Below, piece after piece: positions 47,067-56,218 of a DNA stretch of 64,000 nucleotides. The position numbers and the translations under genes are program-made. The notes under the pieces are model-generated. The model was not told where the DNA came from. It did no database searches and was given only the letters and a program-made list of their open reading frames with translations. Source of the DNA: a virus; IMG/VR virus record IMGVR_UViG_3300025141_013870, positions 32,001 to 96,000 of that record; one strand, written 5' to 3'. The first letter of the stretch is position 1. Each line of letters begins with the position of its first letter.

Positions 47067-50000
47067 ATGTCAGAGAAAAAGAATTTTATACTTCCTAAGA
47101 GATTTGTCGGCTTACACGCTCACAGCGGAACTGGATCTCCGTATGACGGTCTGGGATATCCAGATCAGCATATAGATTTTGTTCTATCTAATGATATGGA
47201 TGCATGGGCATTAACTGATCACGGAAACGGAAATGGTCTTGCACATGCTCATGCGTATGCCAAGAAGTTAAAAAACAAGGGACAAAAATATAAACAGCTG
47301 TATGGTGTAGAATTTTATTTTGTTCCTTCTCTTTTTGACTGGAGAATACAATATGAGAATCATAGAGAGGAAGTTCGTCAAGCTAGAACAGAAAAAAAGT
47401 CAAAAGAGAGAACAGATATCGATTCTGAAGACGAGGTGTCAGGCGGACTTATTATAGAAAACGAAGAAGAGACAAAAGGTGATTTTGATAAAAATGTGTG
47501 GAAAAGACGATATCATCTCGTTGTCTTAGCTAAAAACAGCCAGGGTCTAGAGAATTTATTTACTCTTGTAAAAAGATCATACACAGATGGTTTTTATAGA
47601 TTTCCAAGAATTGATTTTGATCTTCTTAATAAGTATGGTGATGGCCTTATAGTAAGCACAGCATGCATTGGCGGATACCCATCATCGTTAATAGCAAGAG
47701 GTGAATCACATGGAAAGTCAAGCAAAGATATCATTCTTGATTTAGAAAACATGTCTGATAGATTTATTGACGCAGTAGGAAGAGAAAATTTTAATCTCGA
47801 GATTCAATTCAATTCATTGTCTATGCAACATAAGACAAACAAATATCTTATAAAGCTTCATGAAAAAACAGGAATTCCTCTAGTTGCAACTGCTGATAGT
47901 CACTACTATAGCAGAAACATGTGGGAAGCAAGAGAGCTTTACAGAAAGCTTGGCAGAATGGGAGCTAGAGGAGATTCAATGCCTACACTTCCTTCTTTTG
48001 AAGATCTTAAATGTGAGCTTTATCCTAAGAATGCTAACCAGATGTGGGATGAATTTAACGTTCACCTTCCTGAATATGAGTTTTATAAAGGAAAAGAACA
48101 GATTATTTCCGATGCAATTGAGAGAACATATGACATTGCATGGGAACAATGTGAAGAAATATGGTTTGACGAAGATGCAAAATTACCAAATTTTGACTTG
48201 CCTGACAATCCTGCTATTACTCAGCTAGTATTTAGAGTCAAAAAAGCACTTATTGATGAAGGTCTTCACGAAAAGAAAGAGTATGTAGAAAGAGCAACGA
48301 TGGAGCTGAGCGACATCAAGCACCTTGGTTTTGAAAATTATTTTCTCACAATGACAAAGGTTTTTGATCTAGCTTCAAAGAAAACTATTATTGGACCAGG
48401 AAGAGGTTCTGGAGCAGGATCTCTTGTAAATTATCTCTTAGGAATCACTACGACAGATCCCATCAAGTATGGTCTTCTATGGGAGAGGTTTTTGCATAGA
48501 GCAAAAGCAGGATGGCCAGATATTGATACAGACGCTGGTGATAGAGATGTCTTGATAAATGCGTCTAGAGAATTATTTGGAGATGAATCAGTTGTACCTG
48601 TTTCAAATTTTAATACTTTAAAATTAAAATCTCTAATAAAAGATGTTTCAAAATTTTATGGCATTGATTTTGGTGAGGTCAATGCAATGACAAATAAGCT
48701 TGAAAAAGAAGTCATGCATAAGGCAATGGGAGACCATGAAGAAAAATCGACTTATGTTCTAACTCATGAAGACTGTTTGAAATATTCTGATAACTATGTT
48801 GACTTCATGTCAAAATATCCAAAGGTATCCGAACAGGTTCAAAAGCTTTTTATGGAATCAAGATCTATTGGAAGACATGCAGGCGGAGTCCTGATATGCC
48901 CAAATCTAGAAAAATATATGCCACTTATTAAGGTAAGAGGAGAGCTCCAGACGCCATGGTCAGAAGGCATGAACTTTAGGCACTTAGAGCCTAATGGCTT
49001 TCTTAAGTTTGATTTTCTAGGTCTAACAACTTTAAAAATGGTTGAAGATTGTATTCGACTTGTCTTGAGAAAACAGGGAAACACATCACCTTCATTTGAT
49101 GACATTAGTAAATTTTTTGATGATAATATAAACTGTAGATATAATGACTTAACTGATGATAAAGTTTGGGAACATGTTTATCACAAGGGAAGATTTGTAC
49201 AGGTGTTTCAATTTACGCAGCAGGGCGCAAGAAATTTTTGCAGAAGAGCAAAGCCAAGAACCATAGAAGAGCTAGCAACAATTACGGCAATATATAGGCC
49301 GGGCCCGCTGGCAGCAAATGTTGATAAGAAATATGTCAAGACGAAAAGGGAGGCAGAAAATGGAAGCCCTATTCGCTATGATCATCCAGTGATTGAAGAG
49401 ATACTGAGTGAAACATATGGTTTTATATCATTCCAAGAGCAATTCATGCTCTTAGCACAGAGGCTATCAGGATTTGACAAGGGGGAATCAGACAAGATGA
49501 GAAAGACACTTGTCAAGAAGTCTCTTGATTCAAATGCAGCAAAGGTGCAGGAAAGAATTGACTTAAGAAAGAAGTTTGTTGATGGAGCAGTTGAGCTATC
49601 TGGAATGAAAAGAGATATAGCAGAGACTCTTTACGAGACAATTGAGTATTTTTCTGGATATGGATTTAATAAATCACATGCGATTTCGTATGCGATCGAT
49701 TCGTATTATTCTGCGTGGCTGCATACTCATTATGAAAAAGAATGGCTAGCCACATGTCTTCAGACTCAAAACGGAACAAATAAGTTTGGAAAGGTTATCA
49801 ATGAGATCAAGTCTTTGGGATACAAAATACTTCCTCCTGACATTAATATTTCTTCTGATGTCTGGGTGTATAGTGATGAAAGAAACGGTTTTGTTCCGCC
49901 TTTAACTGCGATCAAAGGTGTTGGATCAGCTGCAGTTGAAGAGATCATTGATCGCAGACCGTTTTCTAATATAGATGAAATGCTTTTTACAGAGGACGGA

Positions 50001-50633
50001 AAATGGAAGCCTTCTAAGATGAATAAAACATGCTTTGATTCATTGTGCAAGGTAGAAGCTTTTGGATCACTTGATGAGATGAAAAATAGAGCAATTAAGA
50101 ATCATAGACAGCTATATGAAACAATTGTTGGAAATTATGATCTTTTAAAAAAAGGTCGATACGGAATAACAAAAACTGCGTATAAAAAGACTATTAAAGA
50201 AAGAGGTGATATTCCAAGATTTATAGATGAAAAAACAATAGAGAATTATGATCTTCAAGATTGGACTCGTGAATCTAAAATATTATTTAGTGTTGACTTG
50301 ATGGCAGGAGCAGATGAAACTCTTATCTTTCCTCCAAAGATAATGGAGAAGATTGAAAATGCCAATGTGAGACCTGCCTCTAGCCTGATGGGAAAGGAGA
50401 AAGATATAGTCTGGTTCTGTATTCAAACACTAGAGGAGAGAACAACGAAAAATGGAAAAATTTTCTACAGGATGAAAGTTATAGATAATAACTTCGAAAG
50501 TACGTGGATTCGTGTTTGGGGTGCATTTAGAGATATTCCAGATCTTTACACCATGTGGATCGCTGAGGTTGCATCTACAGATTCATGGGGCTGTTCTACA
50601 TCGTCATATAAAATGAAAAGGATTGATGTATAG
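47067..50633 (+). CDS. dnaE: DNA polymerase III alpha subunit (family C) with PHP domain
   Basis: LHAHS, ALTDHG, GVEFY, STACIGG, VATADSHY, GPGRGSGAGSL, WPDIDTD, GRHAGGV, KFDFLGL, FSGYGFNKSHAISY. Confidence 0.96.
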   Translation: MSEKKNFILPKRFVGLHAHSGTGSPYDGLGYPDQHIDFVLSNDMDAWALTDHGNGNGLAHAHAYAKKLKNKGQKYKQLYGVEFYFVPSLFDWRIQYENHREEVRQARTEKKSKERTDIDSEDEVSGGLIIENEEETKGDFDKNVWKRRYHLVVLAKNSQGLENLFTLVKRSYTDGFYRFPRIDFDLLNKYGDGLIVSTACIGGYPSSLIARGESHGKSSKDIILDLENMSDRFIDAVGRENFNLEIQFNSLSMQHKTNKYLIKLHEKTGIPLVATADSHYYSRNMWEARELYRKLGRMGARGDSMPTLPSFEDLKCELYPKNANQMWDEFNVHLPEYEFYKGKEQIISDAIERTYDIAWEQCEEIWFDEDAKLPNFDLPDNPAITQLVFRVKKALIDEGLHEKKEYVERATMELSDIKHLGFENYFLTMTKVFDLASKKTIIGPGRGSGAGSLVNYLLGITTTDPIKYGLLWERFLHRAKAGWPDIDTDAGDRDVLINASRELFGDESVVPVSNFNTLKLKSLIKDVSKFYGIDFGEVNAMTNKLEKEVMHKAMGDHEEKSTYVLTHEDCLKYSDNYVDFMSKYPKVSEQVQKLFMESRSIGRHAGGVLICPNLEKYMPLIKVRGELQTPWSEGMNFRHLEPNGFLKFDFLGLTTLKMVEDCIRLVLRKQGNTSPSFDDISKFFDDNINCRYNDLTDDKVWEHVYHKGRFVQVFQFTQQGARNFCRRAKPRTIEELATITAIYRPGPLAANVDKKYVKTKREAENGSPIRYDHPVIEEILSETYGFISFQEQFMLLAQRLSGFDKGESDKMRKTLVKKSLDSNAAKVQERIDLRKKFVDGAVELSGMKRDIAETLYETIEYFSGYGFNKSHAISYAIDSYYSAWLHTHYEKEWLATCLQTQNGTNKFGKVINEIKSLGYKILPPDINISSDVWVYSDERNGFVPPLTAIKGVGSAAVEEIIDRRPFSNIDEMLFTEDGKWKPSKMNKTCFDSLCKVEAFGSLDEMKNRAIKNHRQLYETIVGNYDLLKKGRYGITKTAYKKTIKERGDIPRFIDEKTIENYDLQDWTRESKILFSVDLMAGADETLIFPPKIMEKIENANVRPASSLMGKEKDIVWFCIQTLEERTTKNGKIFYRMKVIDNNFESTWIRVWGAFRDIPDLYTMWIAEVASTDSWGCSTSSYKMKRIDV

Positions 50634-51538
50634 TGTTATTGTTTCCTACAAATACTCTTTTTATAGAAGGTCCTGACTGTTCTGGAAAGACAACTTTAAT
50701 AAAGAACATTCACAATCTATCAAATTATTTGTGGCATATTCACGATAGATCTCAAATATCAAGAAGCATATTTAATGAGCTTTATAATAGAGAAAATGAT
50801 AACATAGAGTCAGATTTACATCTTGAAATTTCAAATCTCAATAATAGATTCGTCTTGTTACTACCTGATATAAGGGTTGTTAGTGAAAGATTTATTAAAA
50901 GAGGAGATGACTTTCATAAAGACATGAAATCAATAGAAAGTGTTTATAATATCTTTGAGAGAAAATTTAAATACCTAAGAGATTTTCCAAATACTATGAT
51001 ATATTCAAAAAGTCATCCAGATGAAATAGCATCAATTGTGCTCGCCAGGCTTCATCTTGTTGAACGATGCATGATTAGAGAGGTATCAGATCAGGTATTA
51101 AGATTTGTAGAGTGTAATAATAATGAGGCTTATCCCGTTAAGTTTACATTATATGATGATGGTGAATTTGAAGAGGCTAGTGAATCAGTACTTGACTATA
51201 AGCCAGAAAGCGATTATTACAATTCCATATTTAATAAACTGCACACAAAAATAAGTGATGAGCTAGCGGGAAATAATGAATATAGCAGGGTTGAAGATAC
51301 AACCTCTAGAAGATTTATTTATACAGATAATACATGTATATCGCTTATTCATGTCGCAATTAGAGACAGAGTTATGGATTTTCATACAGTGATTAGATCA
51401 TCTGATGTCGAAAACATTTTTCCTCACGATCTAAGATTTTTGTATTATCTAGCTGCCACTTGTTATAATAGATTTTCAGATGAATGTGATAAGGTTAGAA
51501 TGAGATTTAATTTAAACTCTGCTCACATAATATGTTAA
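50633..51538 (+). CDS. Fusion of a dNMP kinase and a minimal thymidylate-synthase-fold domain (dCMP-type Asp)
   Basis: IEGPDCSGKTT P-loop and HDRS; C-terminal SRRFI...TC...IRSSDV...FPHD...NSAHI aligns with ThyA SRRII/PCH/QRSCDV/LPFN/GDTHLY. Confidence 0.75.
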   Translation: MLLFPTNTLFIEGPDCSGKTTLIKNIHNLSNYLWHIHDRSQISRSIFNELYNRENDNIESDLHLEISNLNNRFVLLLPDIRVVSERFIKRGDDFHKDMKSIESVYNIFERKFKYLRDFPNTMIYSKSHPDEIASIVLARLHLVERCMIREVSDQVLRFVECNNNEAYPVKFTLYDDGEFEEASESVLDYKPESDYYNSIFNKLHTKISDELAGNNEYSRVEDTTSRRFIYTDNTCISLIHVAIRDRVMDFHTVIRSSDVENIFPHDLRFLYYLAATCYNRFSDECDKVRMRFNLNSAHIIC

Positions 51539-51564
51539 AATTTTGAAGTTAAAACGGAGAGACT

Positions 51565-52572
51565 ATGAAAAGAGCACTAGTAACAGGAGGATGCGGATTT
51601 ATCGGATCCAATCTTTCAAAGAGACTTGTAAAAGACGGATGGGTTGTTGACATTGTAGATGATCTATCAAGTGGACATTTAGAGCTAGTTCAAGAATTAA
51701 AGATTAGAGTTATACCGGTAGACTTGTTATCACAATTTTATGATAATTTTGATAGAGATGAAGGAACAGTTCACATTTTGCAAGGTGATTTTTCACATGA
51801 CAATGTGTTAAAAAATATCATTGATCAAAAATATGATTATGTTTTTCATCAGGCTGCGATACCAAGGGTCCTTTTTTCTGTTGAAAACCCATCTTTAACA
51901 ACAGAAGTGAATATAGCAGAAACGGTTAGGTTGTTTGAGGCATGCATAGGAAGTGTCAAGAGAGTCATATTTGCATCATCATCATCTGTTTACGGAGGCG
52001 CGGATGTTCTTCCCACACGTGAAAGTATGTCAAAAAATCCTAAGTCACCATATGCGTGGCAAAAGAGCGCAGTTGAAGATATAGCGGAATTATTTTGTCA
52101 ATTATACGATATTGATATCGTATGCTTAAGATACTTTAACGTCTTTGGACCAGGCCAGTATGGCGACTCTCCGTACTCCACAGCAGTTTCTGCCTGGTGT
52201 CACGCACTTAAAAATGGATCGCCTATGAGAAGTGACGGTGATGGATCACAAACAAGAGATATGTGCTATATTGACAATGTTATCCACGCTAACGTACTAG
52301 CTGCTGAATCTGATCGAACGAGATTTGATGGATTTAATGGAAGATGCTATAATATTTCATGCGGAGATAGAACATCTAATTCTGAAATATTAGAATACTT
52401 TACAAAGAGATATTCTCACGCAGCTGTTGTCAATGCTCCCTGGAGACCTGGTGATGTAATGCACACCCAGGCAGATATATCAAGAGCAAGCGAAGAGATT
52501 GGATATGAACCTCTTGTGAGATTCTGGGACGGACTAGAAAAGACTATTGAATGGTGGGGTATAGATTCTTGA
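51565..52572 (+). CDS. NAD-dependent NDP-sugar epimerase/dehydratase (extended SDR)
   Basis: LVTGGCGFIGS, VFHQAA, FASSSSVYG, SPYAWQK (YxxxK), LRYFNVFGP, GDGSQTRD. Confidence 0.93.
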   Translation: MKRALVTGGCGFIGSNLSKRLVKDGWVVDIVDDLSSGHLELVQELKIRVIPVDLLSQFYDNFDRDEGTVHILQGDFSHDNVLKNIIDQKYDYVFHQAAIPRVLFSVENPSLTTEVNIAETVRLFEACIGSVKRVIFASSSSVYGGADVLPTRESMSKNPKSPYAWQKSAVEDIAELFCQLYDIDIVCLRYFNVFGPGQYGDSPYSTAVSAWCHALKNGSPMRSDGDGSQTRDMCYIDNVIHANVLAAESDRTRFDGFNGRCYNISCGDRTSNSEILEYFTKRYSHAAVVNAPWRPGDVMHTQADISRASEEIGYEPLVRFWDGLEKTIEWWGIDS

Positions 52573-53003
52573 TGCTTTCTAAAAAACACGTAAAATCTTC
52601 CTGGGTTGTTAGAAAAAAAACAAACAGTGTTATAAACAAACCTTGGGGAACTGAAACAATATGGTCAGGATTTTTTGGAATTCATGGAAAAACATGTTTT
52701 ATTAAAGCCGGTGCCAGATCAAGTTTTAAATATTTTCCAATAAAATCTGAAGTTTTATTTTTAAGATCTGGAAAGGCAGAGGTGACGTTTGGGGCTGAGG
52801 AGACACTATTGGATCCCATAGGCTATCCGTTAAAGAGTGAGATACTTTGCGAGGGAGACGTGCTAATGGTTCAATCTGGCTGCCCGTATAGGGTTAAAGC
52901 CATAACTGATTGTGAGATAATTGAGATAGGAAATAATTCTACAGATAAGCCAGTTAGAATAGAGGATGACTATGGAAGAGCTACAGCTAAAAAGAAATCC
53001 TGA
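52572..53003 (+). CDS. Cupin-fold protein (sugar isomerase-like)
   Basis: KPWGTE start and VRIEDDYGR end, as in the cupin domain of type II mannose-6-phosphate isomerases; metal-binding His residues not evident. Confidence 0.65.
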   Translation: MLSKKHVKSSWVVRKKTNSVINKPWGTETIWSGFFGIHGKTCFIKAGARSSFKYFPIKSEVLFLRSGKAEVTFGAEETLLDPIGYPLKSEILCEGDVLMVQSGCPYRVKAITDCEIIEIGNNSTDKPVRIEDDYGRATAKKKS

Positions 53004-53553
53004 GTTTATAATTTTTACAGGGCCGATGTTTAGCTCTAAAACAACTAGACTTCTTGCTACAATAGATCGATTCAGATATCAAAATAGAAATGTCGTCGCA
53101 TTCAAGCCTTCTCTTGATGAACGATACTCGCAATCTAAAATTTGTACACACAACGGAGGAGAAATAGAAGCACATGTAGTTAAGTCAGGTGACGATATAA
53201 TTAAGTTAGTGAAAAACTACGATAAAAATATAGATGTCATCGCAGTTGATGAAGCGTTTATGATAGAAGGAGTAGCTGTGTCGCTACTCGATCTTTTTAG
53301 ATCTGGAAAAACAATAGTCATATCTTCTTTACAGCTTTCTGCAACTGGCAATGTATTTGAAGAGATTAGAGATATGATGCCGTGGGCAACAAAAATAGAA
53401 GTTTGCCCAGCAGTATGTACTATTACTGGTCTTGACGCATATTACACTCATAGAAAATTTAACAATATGGAAGAGATAACAGTCGGAGGTTCTGATTTAT
53501 ATGAACCTAGATGCTGGTTTTACCATAGTTTTATGAACCAGTCAGACATTTAG
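52966..53553 (+). CDS. tdk: Thymidine kinase (type II)
   Basis: GPMFSSKTT, FKPSLDERY, VIAVDEAF, VGGSDLYEPRC. Confidence 0.92.
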   Translation: MTMEELQLKRNPEFIIFTGPMFSSKTTRLLATIDRFRYQNRNVVAFKPSLDERYSQSKICTHNGGEIEAHVVKSGDDIIKLVKNYDKNIDVIAVDEAFMIEGVAVSLLDLFRSGKTIVISSLQLSATGNVFEEIRDMMPWATKIEVCPAVCTITGLDAYYTHRKFNNMEEITVGGSDLYEPRCWFYHSFMNQSDI

Positions 53554-53559
53554 GAGATT

Positions 53560-54642
53560 ATGATGCTAGAGCCAACAAGTGTCGATTACGTTATTTATCA
53601 CGCTAACTGTTCTGATGGATTTGGTGCAGCATATGCTGCATGGAAATGTCTAGGCAATAAGGCAACTTATCTCGCTGCAAAGCATGGTTCAACGCCTCCA
53701 GACATCACAGATAAGAATGTAGCTATTCTTGATTTTTCTTATGATAACACGACTATAAAAGGAATGATCGAAGAGGCAAATGATCTAATAGTTATAGATC
53801 ATCATAAATCTGCGGTGGTAGAGCTTCATGATATTTCTAATACTCGCTTCGATATGACAAAGAGCGGTGCAATGTTATCTTGGGAGTATTTTCACCCTGG
53901 AAAAGAACCCCCGAAGTTCATACGATATATTCAGGATCGCGATCTCTGGAAGTGGGAATTAGATTATTCCAAGGAATTTAGTGCAGCATTTGATATGGTT
54001 CCGTTTGAATTTGAAGAATTTGTGAAATTTGAAGATGATTCAGTTTTTGATGACGCTGTAAAGCGTGGCTCATTTATTCTTGCGTATAGCAAAACAGTTG
54101 TAAAGAAAGTTTGTGAAAAGGCACGGCCCAGAAAGTATGGTGGTCTTGATGTACTAGTCGTAAATTCATCTCACTGGATGTCTGAGATTGGTGCAAGATT
54201 ATCCGCAGAGTGTGACTTTGCTGTAATATGGTATTATGATCATGAGGAAAGAAATATTCGAGTAAGCCTCAGATCATTTCATGATAATGTAGATGTATCA
54301 GAAATAGCTAAAAAATTTGGCGGCGGCGGCCACAAGAAGGCAGCTGGCTTTACACTGTCTGGTGAGACGATTGTAGATGATCTATTTGATAGAATCGAAG
54401 AACCTTTAGTTGATACTACTCCTGCCAGAGAGGAGCTTAAGAAAATTCGAGAAGTTCTTGAGGAAAAAGGCGATATTGACAAAGAGGAGGCGGTTGATCA
54501 AATGGAAGCTCTTTTAGATGGGCTTGAGGTTAAGGAAACAGATGAATCAGAAAAATTGCAAGAAGATAAGGGAGACGATACAGGAGTCAGCGAAGAAGCT
54601 AGAGGGAAAATTACCCTCATCCAGTCGTCATCCCAAGGGTAG
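53560..54642 (+). CDS. DHH/DHHA1 phosphoesterase
   Basis: YHANCSDG, ILDF, IDHH, QDRDLW, SLRS, FGGGGHKKAAGF; acidic C-terminal tail. Confidence 0.88.
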   Translation: MMLEPTSVDYVIYHANCSDGFGAAYAAWKCLGNKATYLAAKHGSTPPDITDKNVAILDFSYDNTTIKGMIEEANDLIVIDHHKSAVVELHDISNTRFDMTKSGAMLSWEYFHPGKEPPKFIRYIQDRDLWKWELDYSKEFSAAFDMVPFEFEEFVKFEDDSVFDDAVKRGSFILAYSKTVVKKVCEKARPRKYGGLDVLVVNSSHWMSEIGARLSAECDFAVIWYYDHEERNIRVSLRSFHDNVDVSEIAKKFGGGGHKKAAGFTLSGETIVDDLFDRIEEPLVDTTPAREELKKIREVLEEKGDIDKEEAVDQMEALLDGLEVKETDESEKLQEDKGDDTGVSEEARGKITLIQSSSQG

Positions 54643-54769
54643 AAACCCATACGCACACCTACCAAAAGTTATAAAGTCATTTTTTGGAAAGTCATATAAA
54701 GATTTATCAGATGATAAAATAGATGAAGTGATGTATATAATTGAATATTGCACGGAGAATCCATTTTAA
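54542..54769 (+). CDS. Small hypothetical protein
   Basis: HPKGRNPYAH motif; overlaps the end of the DHH gene by about 100 nt. Confidence 0.55.
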   Translation: MNQKNCKKIRETIQESAKKLEGKLPSSSRHPKGRNPYAHLPKVIKSFFGKSYKDLSDDKIDEVMYIIEYCTENPF

Positions 54770-54770
54770 T

Positions 54771-55520
54771 ATGTCATATCTTGGTTATATAAAATGCTTA
54801 TCAAAGCTAATGTCACATATTAATGATCCTGTTATATTAGAGATAGGCGTTGACTATGGGCAATCTACTCTTCCTCTTGTTCATAACCTTATCTCATCTT
54901 GCGATCGTTTTTTATATACAGGTGTCGATATAAAGTTACGACAAGAGGTAATTGAACAAGCTGTTCAGATGAACGATGTTTTACTTTTAGGAAAGCCGGG
55001 CGTGCCTAAAGATTCTGCAAATGTTGTATTTTATACAGCTAACAGTCTTGAATTATTACCAAAGCTTAAAAGTCACGGTGCAAAATATGATTTAATTCTT
55101 ATCGATGGAGATCACAATTACTTCACTGTTAAAAATGAACTTGATCACATAAAGGATATCGTGTATCCAAGCACAATAATTATGTGTGATGACTATAACG
55201 GTAGATGCGCTGAGTCAGACATGTTTTATTCTGATAGAAAAGAATATGAATCTATTGAAATCGCCACACCAAGAAAGCATACTGAGAAACAAGGAGTGCG
55301 CACGGCTGTCTCTGACTTTCTAAGTGAAAACCCTACGTGGGCAATTCTTGATCATGGTCTGGATCCTTGTTTTTTATTCCAGAAAGACTACGTTGATTTT
55401 AATATTTTTTCTCCTGAAGGCTCAACATCTCTTAGCGATTGTATTTTAGAGTTTAATCTCAAGTCACCTTCAGCATTGGCAAGGTTCAAGGAGAGCACAA
55501 TTGCGTCCATCATGGAATAA
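54771..55520 (+). CDS. Class I SAM-dependent methyltransferase
   Basis: ILEIGVDYGQST (motif I), YDLILIDGDHNY, IMCDDY. Confidence 0.8.
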   Translation: MSYLGYIKCLSKLMSHINDPVILEIGVDYGQSTLPLVHNLISSCDRFLYTGVDIKLRQEVIEQAVQMNDVLLLGKPGVPKDSANVVFYTANSLELLPKLKSHGAKYDLILIDGDHNYFTVKNELDHIKDIVYPSTIIMCDDYNGRCAESDMFYSDRKEYESIEIATPRKHTEKQGVRTAVSDFLSENPTWAILDHGLDPCFLFQKDYVDFNIFSPEGSTSLSDCILEFNLKSPSALARFKESTIASIME

Positions 55521-55914
55521 AGTATGGATGGAGTTTGCGTATATAATATCCAAAAGATCATATGATCTACGACATCAGGTGGGTGCTGTGATTGTGACTG
55601 ATGATAACACTCAGGTTCTTGCAGTGGGATATAATGGAAACTATGCAGGAGGGCCAAATGAATCTGAATCACTTGAGCCAGGTCAGTCTGGAATGATACA
55701 CGCAGAGATAAATGCTCTTTTAAAATGTGATTATAATTGCCCAAAAAGAAAAATAATGTATATCACTTTGTCTCCTTGCAGGATGTGTGCAAAGGCAATA
55801 ATCAATGCGGGAATAAGTGCTGTAATTTATGATCAAGAATATAGAGATTCATCAGGAATAGACTTGCTTCATAATGCAGGCATCTCTGTTGTTTCATTCA
55901 AAAATATTAGATAA
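55501..55914 (+). CDS. dCMP deaminase
   Basis: VGAVIV, GYNG, IHAEINAL, TLSPCRMC zinc-binding motifs. Confidence 0.92.
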   Translation: MRPSWNKVWMEFAYIISKRSYDLRHQVGAVIVTDDNTQVLAVGYNGNYAGGPNESESLEPGQSGMIHAEINALLKCDYNCPKRKIMYITLSPCRMCAKAIINAGISAVIYDQEYRDSSGIDLLHNAGISVVSFKNIR

Positions 55915-55945
55915 TCTACATCATATTTAAATATGAGGTGTATCT

Positions 55946-56218
55946 ATGAAGACCTTTTCCTCAAAAGATATCTTAGAGATCGTAAAAAAAATACATAATC
56001 AAAATGAAAATATTGATGTATTTGCAGGAAAAGGATCAGATAGAAAAATAATAGTTAAAAAGGGCCTGAAGATACGTCACAAGCCATCAGGCCTAGTTTA
56101 TACTGTTTTAAAGGTAATAATTCCAGATGGTAGCTCTGAACCTAAAATTTTATGCAGAAGGCCTGGAAAGGAATTACTTATTACGAGAAATGAGTTTAAA
56201 GACTACGAGAGGCACTAA
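55946..56218 (+). CDS. Hypothetical protein
   Basis: GAGG RBS, preceded by ATATTTAAA; coupled to the SOD gene. Confidence 0.6.
   Translation: MKTFSSKDILEIVKKIHNQNENIDVFAGKGSDRKIIVKKGLKIRHKPSGLVYTVLKVIIPDGSSEPKILCRRPGKELLITRNEFKDYERH

Noticed and set aside
47101-47700. CpG depletion as a footprint of cytosine methylation
   Set aside because: A rough manual count in this stretch gave CG numbers close to expectation for the base composition; no support without a proper genome-wide calculation.
20460-50633. Inteins or introns in recA, helicase, nrdJ or dnaE
   Set aside because: Protein lengths are normal, motifs are contiguous, and no C/S...HN splice junctions or homing endonuclease motifs were seen.
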